From an uncultured Pseudomonadota bacterium (lineage in GTDB: Bacteria; Pseudomonadota; Alphaproteobacteria; JACZXZ01): 64,000 nucleotides of DNA. The stretch covers positions 18,321 to 82,320 of the forward strand of contig CAWJFP010000039.1 in the NCBI GenBank assembly GCA_963842155.1, given 5' to 3'. How positions within the stretch are numbered: the first letter of the stretch is position 1; every line of letters starts with the position of its first letter. The notes beneath the pieces were generated by a model that did no database searches, was not told where the DNA came from, and worked only from the letters and a program-made list of their open reading frames with translations. Shown here piece by piece: positions 26,415 through 36,640 of the stretch. A program made the translations under genes and the position numbers.

Positions 26415-26488
26415 CCGCGCGAGCGATCGGTTCGCTGCGACGGCCCTTCAATACAACGCGCCGCCTCTTGTTGCAATGGCGCCGAAGC

Positions 26489-27547
26489 TCACCCCGCCTT
26501 CGCCGCTTTCGCGGCATCGCCATGGCGGCGCAGCGAGGCGACGAGCGCATCGACATCCGCGGCGCGGGTGGAGAAGGCGCAGACGAAGCGGCATTGCACC
26601 ATCCCCTCGCCCGACCAGCGGTAGAAGGTAAAGCCGTCGGCGAAGGCGCCGGCGATGGCGGCCTCGGGCAGCATGGCGAAGATCTCGTTCGCCTCCACCG
26701 GATGGACGAGCTCGACGCCGGGCAGGCTCGCCAGGCCCTGCGCCAGCCGCGCGGCCATCGCGTTGGCGTGGCGCGCGTTCCTGAGCCAGAGATCCTCGGC
26801 GAGATAGGCCTCGAGCTGGACCGAAAGGAAACGCATCTTGGAGAAGAGATGGCCCGCGCGCTTGCGGCGATAGTCGAAGCCTTGGGCCAGCTCGCGCTTG
26901 AAGAAGACCACCGCCTCCGCCGCCAGCGCGCCGCCCTTGGTGGCGCCGAAGGAAAGCGCGTCCACGCCGGCGCGCCAGGTGAGCGCCGCCGGCCGGCAGC
27001 CGAGCGCCGCCACGGCATTGGCGAAGCGCGCCCCATCCATATGGACATGGAGGCCGTGGCCATGGGCGATCTCGGCCAGGGCCGCGACCTCCTCGGGACG
27101 ATAGAGCGTGCCGGCCTCGCTCTCGTTGGTGAGGCTCAGCGCCGCCGGCTGCACATGATGCACCGTGCCGGCGCCCGCCGCCGCCAGCGCCGCCGCGAAT
27201 GCCGCGGGCGCGATCTTGCCATGCTCGCCCGGCACCGCGACGAGCTTGGCGCCGCCCGAGTAGAACTCGGGCGCGCCGCATTCGTCCGCATTGATATGCG
27301 AGTCGGGATGGCAATAGATGGCACCCCAAGGCGGCGTCATGGCGGCGAGCGCGAGCGAGTTCGCGGCCGTCCCCGTCGCCACCGGGAAGACCGTCACCTC
27401 GCGCTCGAAAAGCCGCGCGAAGGCCGCCTCGAGCCGCTCGCTCACGGCATCGTTACCGTAAGGCATCGCGGCGCCCTGGTTCGCCCGCGCCAGCGCCGCC
27501 ATGATCTCCGGCGCCACCTCGGCCGTGTTGTCGCTCGCGAAGTTCAT
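26489..27547 (-). CDS. ltaE: Low-specificity L-threonine aldolase
   Basis: ATG 27547 (MNFASDNTAEVAPEIM...). PLP Lys context is SFGATKGG. It has the beta-eliminating lyase family layout. Confidence 0.85.
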   Translation of the reverse strand: MNFASDNTAEVAPEIMAALARANQGAAMPYGNDAVSERLEAAFARLFEREVTVFPVATGTAANSLALAAMTPPWGAIYCHPDSHINADECGAPEFYSGGAKLVAVPGEHGKIAPAAFAAALAAAGAGTVHHVQPAALSLTNESEAGTLYRPEEVAALAEIAHGHGLHVHMDGARFANAVAALGCRPAALTWRAGVDALSFGATKGGALAAEAVVFFKRELAQGFDYRRKRAGHLFSKMRFLSVQLEAYLAEDLWLRNARHANAMAARLAQGLASLPGVELVHPVEANEIFAMLPEAAIAGAFADGFTFYRWSGEGMVQCRFVCAFSTRAADVDALVASLRRHGDAAKAAKAG

Positions 27548-27729
27548 GGCTTTTTCCCTTATGAGCAAAGGATTACGGCGCAAGACCGAAATGTCTTGGA
27601 ATATTCCGGCCTAATATCTTGTCGGTATTTTGTCATTCCTCCCAGGGGGACCGCTCCAGATGAGGACGTTCTTAGGCGGCTGCGAAGCCGCCGGGAAGGC
27701 CGGGTGGGCGCCGTACCATGGGAGCCGCG

Positions 27730-28089
27730 TCACGGTTGCGGCGTGAGCTCGAAGCTGCCGACGAGCGCCCCGTTCGAGAGATCGAGCACGAGCAGGCGCC
27801 GCACGCCGCCGGCGAGCTCGAGCTGAAGGATCATCCGGCCCTGGTCCGTCCGCGTATCGACGATGCGCGCGCCGGGCGGCAAGGCAATCGCCACAGGCCC
27901 GAAGGGATGGGCCGGCCCGGACGAGACGGTCGACGAGGCGCCGGTGGAAGAGGCAGCTGGCGCCTCGGGTCCCGCGCCTCGCTTGACGAGGCCGTAGATA
28001 AGGAGGCCGAAGGCCAGCACGATGAGTATGCCCATGCCGATGACCAGGGCCTTGAGCGCGCGCATGATTCCGGTCCACTGTCTCTTCAT
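27730..28089 (-). CDS. Small membrane-anchored hypothetical protein
   Basis: ATG 28089 (MKRQWTGIMRALKALVIGMGILIVLAFGLLIYGLV), with a single TM and then a ~70-aa domain. Divergent from rluD. Confidence 0.55.
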   Translation of the reverse strand: MKRQWTGIMRALKALVIGMGILIVLAFGLLIYGLVKRGAGPEAPAASSTGASSTVSSGPAHPFGPVAIALPPGARIVDTRTDQGRMILQLELAGGVRRLLVLDLSNGALVGSFELTPQP

Positions 28090-29101
28090 GACGACGGCGG
28101 AGAAGGAGATAGCGGCCGGCCCGGACAAGGTCAAACCCGGCGCCGTCGAGGCGAGGGCCGGCGCGGCCGATGACGGCATGCGGCTCGACGCCTATCTCGC
28201 GCGCGCGCTGCCCGCCCTCTCGCGCTCGCGCCTCAAGCAGCTGATCGTGGCGGGCCATCTGCGCGCGGACGAGCGGCCGCTCACGGATCCCTCGGCGAAG
28301 GTGCGGGCCGGCCAAAGATTCACCCTCGTTATTCCTCCGAGCGTCGAGGCGCGGCCCGAGGCGCAGGCAATTCCGCTCGAGGTGCTTTACGAGGATGACG
28401 ATCTCATCGTCATCGACAAGCCGGCGGGCCTCGTCGTGCATCCCGCCGCCGGCAATCCCGACCGGACCTTGGTGAACGCGCTCCTCGCTTATTGCGGCGC
28501 CAGCCTCGCCGGCATCGGCGGCGTGCGCCGGCCCGGCATCGTGCATCGCCTCGACAAGGATACCAGCGGCCTCATGGTCGCGGCCAAGACCGACCGCGCC
28601 TTCGCCGGGCTCGCGGCGCAGTTCGCCGCCCATGAGGTCGAGCGCGCCTATCGCGCGTTGGTCTGGGGCGCCCCGCGCCCGGCGCAAGGCGAGATCGCCG
28701 GCAATATCGGCCGCAGCCCGCGCGACCGGAAGAAGATGGCGGTGCGGGCGCAAGGCGGCAAGGCCGCGCTCACGCGCTACCGCACCCTCGCGTCCTATGG
28801 CGGCGTGGCGAGCCTGCTCGAATGCCGCCTCGCCACCGGGCGCACGCACCAGATCAGGGTGCATCTCGCGAGCCTCGGCCATCCCGTGATGGGCGACCCG
28901 CTTTACGGCAAGGCGACTGCCGCGCGGCGTGCCTCCTTGCCCCCGGCGGCGCGGGCGGCGCTCGATCGGCTCGGGCGCCAGGCGCTCGACGCCTATCTGC
29001 TCGGCTTCATCCATCCGGCGAGCGGCACGCGGATCAGAATCGAGCGGGAATCGCCGGGCGATTTCAGCGAGCTTAAGAAAAATTTAGAATCTTTTAAGTG
29101 A
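28088..29101 (+). CDS. rluD: 23S rRNA pseudouridine synthase, RluA/RluD family
   Basis: S4 domain (RLDAYLARAL...SRSRLKQLI) plus catalytic HRLDKDTSGLMV. ATG 28088 within ORF 28022..29101. Confidence 0.9.
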   Translation: MTTAEKEIAAGPDKVKPGAVEARAGAADDGMRLDAYLARALPALSRSRLKQLIVAGHLRADERPLTDPSAKVRAGQRFTLVIPPSVEARPEAQAIPLEVLYEDDDLIVIDKPAGLVVHPAAGNPDRTLVNALLAYCGASLAGIGGVRRPGIVHRLDKDTSGLMVAAKTDRAFAGLAAQFAAHEVERAYRALVWGAPRPAQGEIAGNIGRSPRDRKKMAVRAQGGKAALTRYRTLASYGGVASLLECRLATGRTHQIRVHLASLGHPVMGDPLYGKATAARRASLPPAARAALDRLGRQALDAYLLGFIHPASGTRIRIERESPGDFSELKKNLESFK

Positions 29102-29202
29102 ACGGAACCAGGCCTATGCTAGATTCTCCCGCGACTCAGCGAAAACCGGCCGGCATGCCGGGCCTCGGCAGGCCCGCGCGGGCCGGTTGGAGGGGAGCCA
29201 AA

Positions 29203-30093
29203 ATGGCCACCACCGCGCTATCCAGCGTCGGCTCGTTTCATCCGGAAGGCAATCTCGCGCGCTATCTGCAGGAGATTCGCCGCTTCCCCATGCTCGAGCC
29301 CGAGCGGGAATACATGCTCGCCAAGCGCTGGCGCGAGCATAACGACGTGGAGGCGGCCCATCAGCTGGTGACGAGCCATCTGCGGCTGGTGGCCAAGATC
29401 GCCATGGGCTATCGCGGCTACGGCCTGCCGCTCGCCGAGCTCATCTCCGAGGGCAATGTCGGGCTCATGCAGGCGGTGAAGCGCTTCGAGCCCGATCGCG
29501 GCTTCCGCCTCGCCACCTATGCCATGTGGTGGATCCGCGCCTCCATCCAGGAATATATCCTGCATTCCTGGTCGCTCGTGAAGATCGGCACGACCGCGGC
29601 GCAGAAGAAGCTGTTCTTCAACCTGCGCAAGATCAAGGGCCAGCTTCAGGCCATCGAGGAGGGCGACCTCTCGCCCGAGAACGTCAAGAAGATCGCGACG
29701 CAGCTCGCGGTCGCCGAGAGCGACGTGGTGCAGATGAACCGCCGCCTCGCCAGCCCCGACCATTCGCTCAACGCGCCCCTGCGCGACGAGGGCGAGGGCG
29801 AGTGGCAGGACTGGCTCGTCGACGACGAGCCGAGCCAGGAGACCAAGCTCGCCGAGAGCGAGGAGCTCGGCAACCGCCATCGCCTGCTCGAGAGCGGCCT
29901 CAAGGTCCTGAGCCCGCGCGAGCGGCACATCCTCGTCGAGCGGCGCCTGCGCGAGGATCCCACCACGCTCGAGGACCTCTCGCAGGAATACGGCATCTCG
30001 CGCGAGCGCGTGCGCCAGATCGAGGTCCGCGCCTTCGAGAAGCTGCAGAAGGCGATGAAGAACCGCACCATCGAGCAGTCGCTGGCGAGCTGA
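29203..30093 (+). CDS. rpoH: RNA polymerase sigma-32 factor RpoH
   Basis: ATG 29203 is preceded by ggagggga. RpoH box QKKLFFNLRK. Regions 2 and 4 are conserved (LRLVAKIAMGYRGYGLPLAELISEGNVGLMQAVKRF). Confidence 0.93.
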   Translation: MATTALSSVGSFHPEGNLARYLQEIRRFPMLEPEREYMLAKRWREHNDVEAAHQLVTSHLRLVAKIAMGYRGYGLPLAELISEGNVGLMQAVKRFEPDRGFRLATYAMWWIRASIQEYILHSWSLVKIGTTAAQKKLFFNLRKIKGQLQAIEEGDLSPENVKKIATQLAVAESDVVQMNRRLASPDHSLNAPLRDEGEGEWQDWLVDDEPSQETKLAESEELGNRHRLLESGLKVLSPRERHILVERRLREDPTTLEDLSQEYGISRERVRQIEVRAFEKLQKAMKNRTIEQSLAS

Positions 30094-30425
30094 AGGCCGC
30101 GGCGCGGCACGATTCCAAGCCTCAAGGCGCGGCACGGCTTTCCGTTTCCGACATCTTGGCCGTGAACACGACTATCGATGGCGCGAAAAATCGTCGCCAG
30201 CGGGCTTGTCCCGGTGGCCCACCACTTCCTAAATCCTAAAGACAAGTCGTGGATCGCCGGCACGGAGGCCGGCGATGACCAATTAGGATTGTCACGGGGC
30301 GTTGAGTTCTGTTTTCAAGCCCCGCCAACTAAACAGGACAGCGGTGACATCGATGGCGCATTGCCATCAATTTCACCTCTGTATCGTCCGCAATATCCGG
30401 ATAGCGCCGGCCGAGCCGCCTCGCC

Positions 30426-31409
30426 ATGATCCGCCCCATGCGCGCGCGGAACCGCGGGACGGCAGTCAACAAGGTCATGGGGCCGCTCGAATGGCTCCTG
30501 CTGCTGGCGCTCGCGGTGTTGTGGGGCGGCTCCTTCTTCTTCATCAAGCTCGCGCTCGGCGGCTTCCATCCCTTGACCATCGTGCTCGGCCGCGTGGCGC
30601 TCGCGGCACTCGCCCTCAATCTCGCCGTCCTCGCGAGCGGGTTGCGCATGCCGTCCGACCGGCGCCTTTGGGGCCGCTTCTTCGCGATGGGGCTCATCAA
30701 CAATCTCGTCCCCTTCTCGCTCATTATCTGGGCGCAGAGCCATATCGCGAGCGGCTTGGCCTCCATCCTCAACGCCACGGCGCCGCTTTTCACCGTGCTC
30801 GTCGCCTATTTCCTCTCGAAGGACGAGCGTTTGACCTGGGGCCGCGCGATCGGCGTGCTGGTCGGCTTCCTCGGCGTCGCCATGATGATCGGGCTCGATG
30901 CCCTGCGCCTCGCCGGCAGCGAGGTGCTCGCCGAGACGGCCGTGCTCGCGGCCGCCCTCGCTTACGCCTTCGCCGGCATCTATGGCCGCCGCTTCGCCGG
31001 CCTGCCGCCGCTCCTCGCGGCGACGGGCCAGCTCACCGCCACCACCATCATGATGACGCCCTTGGCGCTCGTCATCGACCGGCCCTGGACGGAGGCGCCC
31101 GGCCTCGCGGCCTGTGGCGCCTTGCTCGGCCTGGCGCTGCTTTCGACCGCCGTCGCCTATGTGATCTATTTCCGCATCCTGGCCACGGCGGGAGCCGTCA
31201 ATCTGCTGCTCGTGACCCTGCTCAATCCGGTGACCGCGGTGCTGCTGGGCGCGCTGGTGCTGGGCGAGCATCTCGCCGGCAGCGCCTTCCTCGGCATGGC
31301 GCTGATCGCGCTCGGCCTCGCCGCGATCGACGGCCGGCCCTGGAGGGCGCTCGCGGCGCGGCGCGCTCCGCGCCGGCTCAATCCTCGAAAGGGTCGCGCA
31401 CCAGGATAG
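30426..31409 (+). CDS. DMT superfamily (EamA) transporter
   Basis: Ten hydrophobic segments and two EamA repeats ([13 protein letters not shown]...). The start is uncertain (30426 or ATG 30477). Confidence 0.85.
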   Translation: MIRPMRARNRGTAVNKVMGPLEWLLLLALAVLWGGSFFFIKLALGGFHPLTIVLGRVALAALALNLAVLASGLRMPSDRRLWGRFFAMGLINNLVPFSLIIWAQSHIASGLASILNATAPLFTVLVAYFLSKDERLTWGRAIGVLVGFLGVAMMIGLDALRLAGSEVLAETAVLAAALAYAFAGIYGRRFAGLPPLLAATGQLTATTIMMTPLALVIDRPWTEAPGLAACGALLGLALLSTAVAYVIYFRILATAGAVNLLLVTLLNPVTAVLLGALVLGEHLAGSAFLGMALIALGLAAIDGRPWRALAARRAPRRLNPRKGRAPG

Positions 31410-32667
31410 TGTCGGCGCGCTCGGGGCTGGTCGAGAGCAGCGCCACCGGCGCCTCGATGAGCTCCTCGATGCGGCGAATATATTTGATCGTGGTCGCCGG
31501 CAGCTGGGCCCAGGAGCGCGCGCCGCGCGTCGATTGGCCCCAGCCTTCGAAGCTCTCATAGACGGGCTCGACCGCCTCCTGCGCCGAGAGCAGCGGCGGC
31601 AGCCGGTCGAAGCCGGCATTGCCGAGCCGGTAGCCGACGCAGACCTTGATCTCGTCGAAGCCGTCCAGCACGTCGAGCTTGGTCAAGGCCACGCCGTCGA
31701 TGCCGGCGACGCGGATCGCCTGGCGCAGCAGCACGGCGTCGAACCAGCCGCAGCGCCGCTTGCGGCCGGTCACCACGCCGAACTCTTTGCCCCGCGCGCC
31801 GAGGAGATCGCCGATCTTGTTGTCCTGCTCGGTCGGGAAAGGGCCGGCGCCCACGCGCGTCGTATAGGCCTTGGTGATGCCGAGCACGTAATCGACCGCG
31901 CCCGGCCCGAGGCCCGAGCCCACCGCCGCCTGCCCCGCCACCGTGTTGGACGAGGTCACATAGGGATAGGTGCCGTGATCGACGTCGAGCATGACGCCTT
32001 GCGCACCTTCGAAAAGGATGCGCCGGCCTTCGCGCCGGAGCTGATCGAGCCGCCGCCAGACGGGATCGAGGAAGGGCAGGATCTTGGGCGCGATCTCGAG
32101 CAGCGAGGCTCGCAGGCCCGCGCCCTCGACCTCGGCGGCGCCCAAGCCCCGCCGCAGCGCGTTGTGATGAAACAGCAGCTCGTCGAGCCGGTCGTCGAGC
32201 GTCCCCTCGTCGCCGAGGTCGCAGGCACGCAGCGCGCGGCGCGCCACCTTGTCCTCGTAGGCCGGGCCGATGCCGCGGCCGGTGGTGCCGATCTTGCGCC
32301 CGCCGCGCTGCTCCTCGCGCAAGCGGTCGAGCTCGCGATGGAGCGGCAGGATGAGGGGTGCCGTCTCGGAGAGCCGCAACGTCTCGGGCGTCACGGTGAC
32401 GCCCTGGCGCGCGACGGTCGCGATCTCCTCGAGCAGCGCCCAGGGATCGACCACCACGCCGTTGCCGATGACCGAGAGCTTGCCGCGCACCACGCCCGAG
32501 GGCAGCAGCGAGAGCTTGTAGGTGACGCCGTCGATGACGAGCGTGTGGCCGGCGTTATGGCCGCCCTGGAAGCGCACCACCACGTCGGCCCGCTCGGAGA
32601 GCCAATCGACGATCTTGCCCTTGCCCTCGTCGCCCCATTGGGCGCCGATCACGGCTACGTTCGCCAC
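31378..32667 (-). CDS. purA: Adenylosuccinate synthase
   Basis: [23 protein letters not shown]...GGHNAGHTL shows the canonical P-loop and switch motifs. Confidence 0.97.
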   Translation of the reverse strand: MANVAVIGAQWGDEGKGKIVDWLSERADVVVRFQGGHNAGHTLVIDGVTYKLSLLPSGVVRGKLSVIGNGVVVDPWALLEEIATVARQGVTVTPETLRLSETAPLILPLHRELDRLREEQRGGRKIGTTGRGIGPAYEDKVARRALRACDLGDEGTLDDRLDELLFHHNALRRGLGAAEVEGAGLRASLLEIAPKILPFLDPVWRRLDQLRREGRRILFEGAQGVMLDVDHGTYPYVTSSNTVAGQAAVGSGLGPGAVDYVLGITKAYTTRVGAGPFPTEQDNKIGDLLGARGKEFGVVTGRKRRCGWFDAVLLRQAIRVAGIDGVALTKLDVLDGFDEIKVCVGYRLGNAGFDRLPPLLSAQEAVEPVYESFEGWGQSTRGARSWAQLPATTIKYIRRIEELIEAPVALLSTSPERADTILVRDPFED

Positions 32668-32692
32668 TTAGGATATCCTCCTTTTCAGCCTT

Positions 32693-33838
32693 TCACCCGA
32701 TCTTCTCGACCCGTCCCTTCGCATAGAGGTGGCTGCAGCCGAGCCGGCGCGCCTCCTTGCGGGGATCGGCGACGGGCGCGAGCCCCGCGAGCGCGATCCA
32801 GCCCGCCGCGCGCAGCTTCTTGGCCTCCGCCGCCGGCACGCCATGGGGCAGAAAGAGGCGCGGCTTCGTCTCGGGCTCCGGCACGGCGCGCGACACGGAA
32901 TCGAGGAAAAGGGTGAAGCCCGTCGCCGGCTCGCCCACGCCGTTGCCGGCGCGATAGCGTCCGCCGCGGCCGAGCTCGCCGCGCACGCCGCGCGCGAAGA
33001 GGGTGAAGCTCACGCCGGTCTGATATTCGAAGCCGCGATATTCGACCGGGTCGATGGTGAGCTTGAGCGCGGGATTGGCCCGGCTCACCAGATGCGCGAC
33101 CTCGGCCAAGCGCCTCGCCTCGGCGGCAGCCCCTTGCGGCAGCTTGATCGCCTTGAGCCGCTTCAAGGCGGACTCGGCCGTGCCCACCGCCTCGAGCAAG
33201 GCGCCGCAAAGCGCCGCCGGCTTGCCGCCGACGGCCGCCACCTCGGCGATGCTCTTGCGATCGAGTGCCGCGCGCAGGCGCTTGGCGGCGCGCGCATCGC
33301 AGCCGAGGCCGCGGCAGAGCTCGTCGACCAAGGTCGGCGAGTTGAGGTCGACCGAGAGCCGGGCCGCCCCCACCCCATCGAGCGCGTCCACCGCGAGCAG
33401 CACGGCTTCCGCGTCGGCCGCGACGTCGTCCGAGCCGATGAGCTCGGCGCCGACTTGCGCGAACTGCCGCTCGGGCCTGAGCTGGCTGCCCTTCACCCGC
33501 AGCACGTCGCCCGCATAGCTCAGGCGCAAGGGGCGCGCCGCGTCGGCGAGGCGCGTTGTGGCGATGCGCGCGACCTGCAAGGTCATGTCGGCGCGCACCG
33601 CCATCATGCGCTGGCTCACCGGATCCATGAGGCGGAAGCTGTGCGCCGCCATCGCGGCGCCGGGGCCCGAGAGCAGGCTGTCCTCGAACTCGACGAGGGG
33701 CGGCCGCACCAGCTCGTAGCCGGCGGCCGCGAGCGTGGCGAGCAGCCGCTCGCGCAGCTCGGCGTCCTGGCGCGCCTTGGGCGGCAGCAGGTCGCGCAAG
33801 CCCGCCGGCAGAAGCGCCTTGTGGGCCTCCTCGCTCAT
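32693..33838 (-). CDS. hisZ: ATP phosphoribosyltransferase regulatory subunit
   Basis: ATG 33838 (MSEEAHKALLPAGLRDLLPP...). HisRS-like catalytic core without an anticodon domain, positioned immediately upstream of purA. Confidence 0.85.
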   Translation of the reverse strand: MSEEAHKALLPAGLRDLLPPKARQDAELRERLLATLAAAGYELVRPPLVEFEDSLLSGPGAAMAAHSFRLMDPVSQRMMAVRADMTLQVARIATTRLADAARPLRLSYAGDVLRVKGSQLRPERQFAQVGAELIGSDDVAADAEAVLLAVDALDGVGAARLSVDLNSPTLVDELCRGLGCDARAAKRLRAALDRKSIAEVAAVGGKPAALCGALLEAVGTAESALKRLKAIKLPQGAAAEARRLAEVAHLVSRANPALKLTIDPVEYRGFEYQTGVSFTLFARGVRGELGRGGRYRAGNGVGEPATGFTLFLDSVSRAVPEPETKPRLFLPHGVPAAEAKKLRAAGWIALAGLAPVADPRKEARRLGCSHLYAKGRVEKIG

Positions 33839-34057
33839 GCGCAAGAGCCTATCCCTGAAGGGGCGCGCGCGCTCGCGCGCCGACCGTCCCGCTCGATGCG
33901 GGGCCGGGCCAGTACCTAACGTCTTTGGCAGTCGAGGGCAAACGGAAAAGGGGGTCCGGGCGAAGACCCGCGCGCCATATCCGCGGTGGCGCGCAAGGCT
34001 CGCGGCGACTATTCTCCCTCCCGACCGCGGGCACCACCTGGAAGGGCAGCGACCGCA

Positions 34058-34657
34058 ATGCCGCTGGTAAAGCAAGTCTACCTAGCCGGCCCCGACGTGT
34101 TTCTCGCCGACGCCCGCGATATCGGCCGGCGCAAGCAGGAGATATGCCGGGAGCTCGGCTTCGAGGGGCTGTTTCCGCTCGACAAGGACGAGGCGGTGGG
34201 CCGCGACGCGGCAAGCATCTTTCGCGCGAACTGCGCCCTCATGCAGCAGGCGGATATCGGGCTCTTCAACCTCACGCCCTTCCGCGGGCCGAGCGCCGAC
34301 GCCGGCACCGTGTTCGAGCTGGGCTACATGTATGCGCGCGGCAAGCCGGTCCATGGCTACAGCAGCGTGCCGGCGACCTACCGCGCGCGCGTCGGCCCCG
34401 CGCTCGGTTCGCGCGCGGCGCCGCGCGACGGCGAGGGCTATGCGATCGAGGATTTCGGTTTGCTCGACAATTTGATGATCGTACGCGCGATCCTCGAGGC
34501 CGGCGGCGAGCTCACTTCCATCGAGGAGAAGCCCGGCGCGGCGGAGGGTGCGTCGTTGGCGGCCTTTCGGGCTTTCAGGGCTTGTCTCGAGGCCATAAGC
34601 GCTCGGACCGACATGGCGCGCAGCGGAAAGAGGGAGACTGTCGCGAAGGGGGGTTAG
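34058..34657 (+). CDS. Nucleoside 2-deoxyribosyltransferase family protein
   Basis: ATG 34058 (MPLVKQVYLAGPDVF...). It keeps the family nucleophile motif DAGTVFELGYMYARGKPV. The ORF extension to 33986 overlaps the hisZ promoter region. Confidence 0.8.
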   Translation: MPLVKQVYLAGPDVFLADARDIGRRKQEICRELGFEGLFPLDKDEAVGRDAASIFRANCALMQQADIGLFNLTPFRGPSADAGTVFELGYMYARGKPVHGYSSVPATYRARVGPALGSRAAPRDGEGYAIEDFGLLDNLMIVRAILEAGGELTSIEEKPGAAEGASLAAFRAFRACLEAISARTDMARSGKRETVAKGG

Positions 34658-34658
34658 C

Positions 34659-35438
34659 ATGACCGCAGGGGCATTCGAGATCCACGGACATGACGAGAAT
34701 TTCGATCTGAGGCCGAAGGACGTCGCGCATCCCATCCCCGACGACCAGCGCAAGCTCAGCAGCGAGGTCTACGAGGCGGTGAATATCCTCAAGCTCCTGA
34801 AGGCGCAAGGGGCCTTCGGCAGCGACGACAAGGCCCACCATAAGACGCACGACAAGTCCTTCGAGGAATTCGTCGCGCGAATTCTTCAGGCGGCGCACGC
34901 GGGCTGCGTCGCGCAACATGTCGACACCAATCTCGCGGCGGCGGCCCTCGAGCAAATCCGCGCCGATATCCTACGGCGCAAGGGAAGGGCCCTCGTCTAT
35001 CGCTATCTGGCCGCCCTCTCTCTCTGGGCCTTGGCGGGCGGGCTCGTCGGCGTGGCGATCGTCGCCGCGACGCACTTTCTTCATCCTGCCTGGGAGGGCT
35101 ACGGCTGGGTCATCATCGGCGCCATGGCGGGCACCTGGCTCTCGGTGGCGGCGACGCGGCTGGAGGTTTCCTTCGCAGGCATACAGGACTATCTGGATCT
35201 CTGGTACGAGCCGTTCGTCCGCATGTCGTTCGTCGGGCTGCTCGCCACCCTCTTCGCGCTCTTCCTCAAGCTGAAGATCCTGTCGCTGTCGATCGGAGTC
35301 CTCGATCTCAGCGACTTCGCCACCGATCATATCGGCGCGGCGCTGGCGCTCGGCGCGATCTCGGGAATCGCCGAGAAGGCGATATCGGTCGAGCTGATCG
35401 AGCGCGCACGCCGGCTGCTCGCGCCGGAAAAGAGCTAG
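34659..35438 (+). CDS. Hypothetical membrane protein (soluble N-domain plus about 4 TM)
   Basis: 259 aa, starting 1 nt after the upstream stop. Hydrophobic spans are LAALSLWALAGGLVGVAIVAA, WVIIGAMAGTWLSVAA, FVGLLATLFALFLKL and IGAALALGAISGIA. Confidence 0.6.
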   Translation: MTAGAFEIHGHDENFDLRPKDVAHPIPDDQRKLSSEVYEAVNILKLLKAQGAFGSDDKAHHKTHDKSFEEFVARILQAAHAGCVAQHVDTNLAAAALEQIRADILRRKGRALVYRYLAALSLWALAGGLVGVAIVAATHFLHPAWEGYGWVIIGAMAGTWLSVAATRLEVSFAGIQDYLDLWYEPFVRMSFVGLLATLFALFLKLKILSLSIGVLDLSDFATDHIGAALALGAISGIAEKAISVELIERARRLLAPEKS

Positions 35439-36634
35439 TGTCCTGAACCAGAAGTTCACAAGATCGGTTGGGCTTTGACGGCCGCATTGTGGACGCAGAA
35501 GCGTTCGATCGAGGCGAGGATGTCATCGGCTGATTTGGTCCAACGAAAGGGCCGATGATCGGCGTTGTGCTGAGCGATGAAGTCGGCGATTGCGGCATGG
35601 AGGGCGGCGACGCTGCGGTGGATACCGCGCCGGATCTGCTTTTCGGTCAGCATGCCGAAGAACCGCTCGACCTGATTGAGCCAAGAGGAACTGGTCGGCG
35701 TGTGGTGCACGTGCCAGCGCGGGCGACGCGCCAACCATCTGCGGATCAGCGCTGTCTTGTGCGTCGCGTAATTGTCCATGACGAGATGGACATCGAGATT
35801 GCGCGGCACGTTGGCCTCGATCTCGTCGAGGAAGCGCCGGAACTCGGCGGCACGATGGCGCGGATAGCACTTGCCGATCACCCGACCGGTGGCGATGTCG
35901 AGGGCCGCGAAGAGTGACGTAGTGCCGTGACGAACATAGTCATGGCTGCGCCGTGCCGCCTGGCCAGGACGCATCGGCAGCATCGGTTGGCTGCGGTCGA
36001 GAGCCTGAATTTGCGACTTCTCGTCCACGCACAGAACCACGGCATGCTGCGGCGGCGCGACGTAGAGGCCCACCACGTCACGCACCTTGGCGACGAAGTC
36101 GGGATCGGTGGAGAGCTTGAATGTCTCCATCCGATGCGGCTGAAGGCCGAACGCACGCCAGATCCGCTGCACCGTGGAGACCGACAGGCCGCTGGCCTTT
36201 GCCATGCCGCGCGAGCTCCAATGCGTTGCGGCGGGCGGCAGGCTCTCCAGCGTCTGCACGATAACCGCCTCGATGCGAGCGTCATCGACCGTGCGTGGTG
36301 CGCCGGATCGCGGCTCGTCCCGCAACCCGTCCAGGCGTTGCTCGACAAATCGCCGGCGCCACTTGCCAACCGTCCCCTGATCCACGCCGAGACGGCTCGC
36401 GACCCCCTTGTTCTGCTTGCCCTCGGCACAGCACAGCACAATCCGCGCCCGCAGGGCCAACGCCTGCGCCGTATTCCGTCGAGCCGCAAGCGACGAGAGC
36501 TCCGAGCGCTCCGTCTCGCTTAGCACCAACGCCGCCAATCGTCCCCTCGCCATCGCAGCCCCCCTGCCATTCCTCGCAAGAGTTTGGCATGGCACCGCGA
36601 ATTGGCGATACTGCGAACTTCAGATTCGGGACAC
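35438..36634 (-). mobile_element. IS630 family insertion sequence (1197 bp)
   Basis: Imperfect ~24-bp terminal inverted repeats GTGTCC(T/C)GAA(C/T)C(A/T)GAAGTTC. TA is duplicated at 35436-35437 and 36635-36636 inside a CTAG target. Confidence 0.9.
35456..36553 (-). CDS. IS630 family transposase
   Basis: N-terminal HTH ([20 protein letters not shown]...) and a DDE domain ([13 protein letters not shown]...[11 protein letters not shown]...[11 protein letters not shown]). ATG 36553; the ORF extends to 36595. Confidence 0.9.
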   Translation of the reverse strand: MARGRLAALVLSETERSELSSLAARRNTAQALALRARIVLCCAEGKQNKGVASRLGVDQGTVGKWRRRFVEQRLDGLRDEPRSGAPRTVDDARIEAVIVQTLESLPPAATHWSSRGMAKASGLSVSTVQRIWRAFGLQPHRMETFKLSTDPDFVAKVRDVVGLYVAPPQHAVVLCVDEKSQIQALDRSQPMLPMRPGQAARRSHDYVRHGTTSLFAALDIATGRVIGKCYPRHRAAEFRRFLDEIEANVPRNLDVHLVMDNYATHKTALIRRWLARRPRWHVHHTPTSSSWLNQVERFFGMLTEKQIRRGIHRSVAALHAAIADFIAQHNADHRPFRWTKSADDILASIERFCVHNAAVKAQPIL

Positions 36635-36640
36635 TAGAGC

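Noticed and set aside
30178-30429. 83-aa ORF between rpoH and the EamA transporter
   Set aside because: It runs through a REP hairpin (atcgccggcacggaggccggcgat, the IAGTEAGDD artefact), has no RBS and has non-protein-like composition.
33986-34057. N-terminal extension of the deoxyribosyltransferase ORF
   Set aside because: The extension (MARKARGDYSPSRPRAPPGRAATA) is Arg/Pro-rich. The family N-terminus is the VYLAGP strand that starts right after ATG 34058.
34659-35438. IS630 truncating the 4-TM gene
   Set aside because: Conceptual excision of the IS (keeping one TA) regenerates the same TAG stop at the same codon. The protein is therefore not shortened by the insertion.
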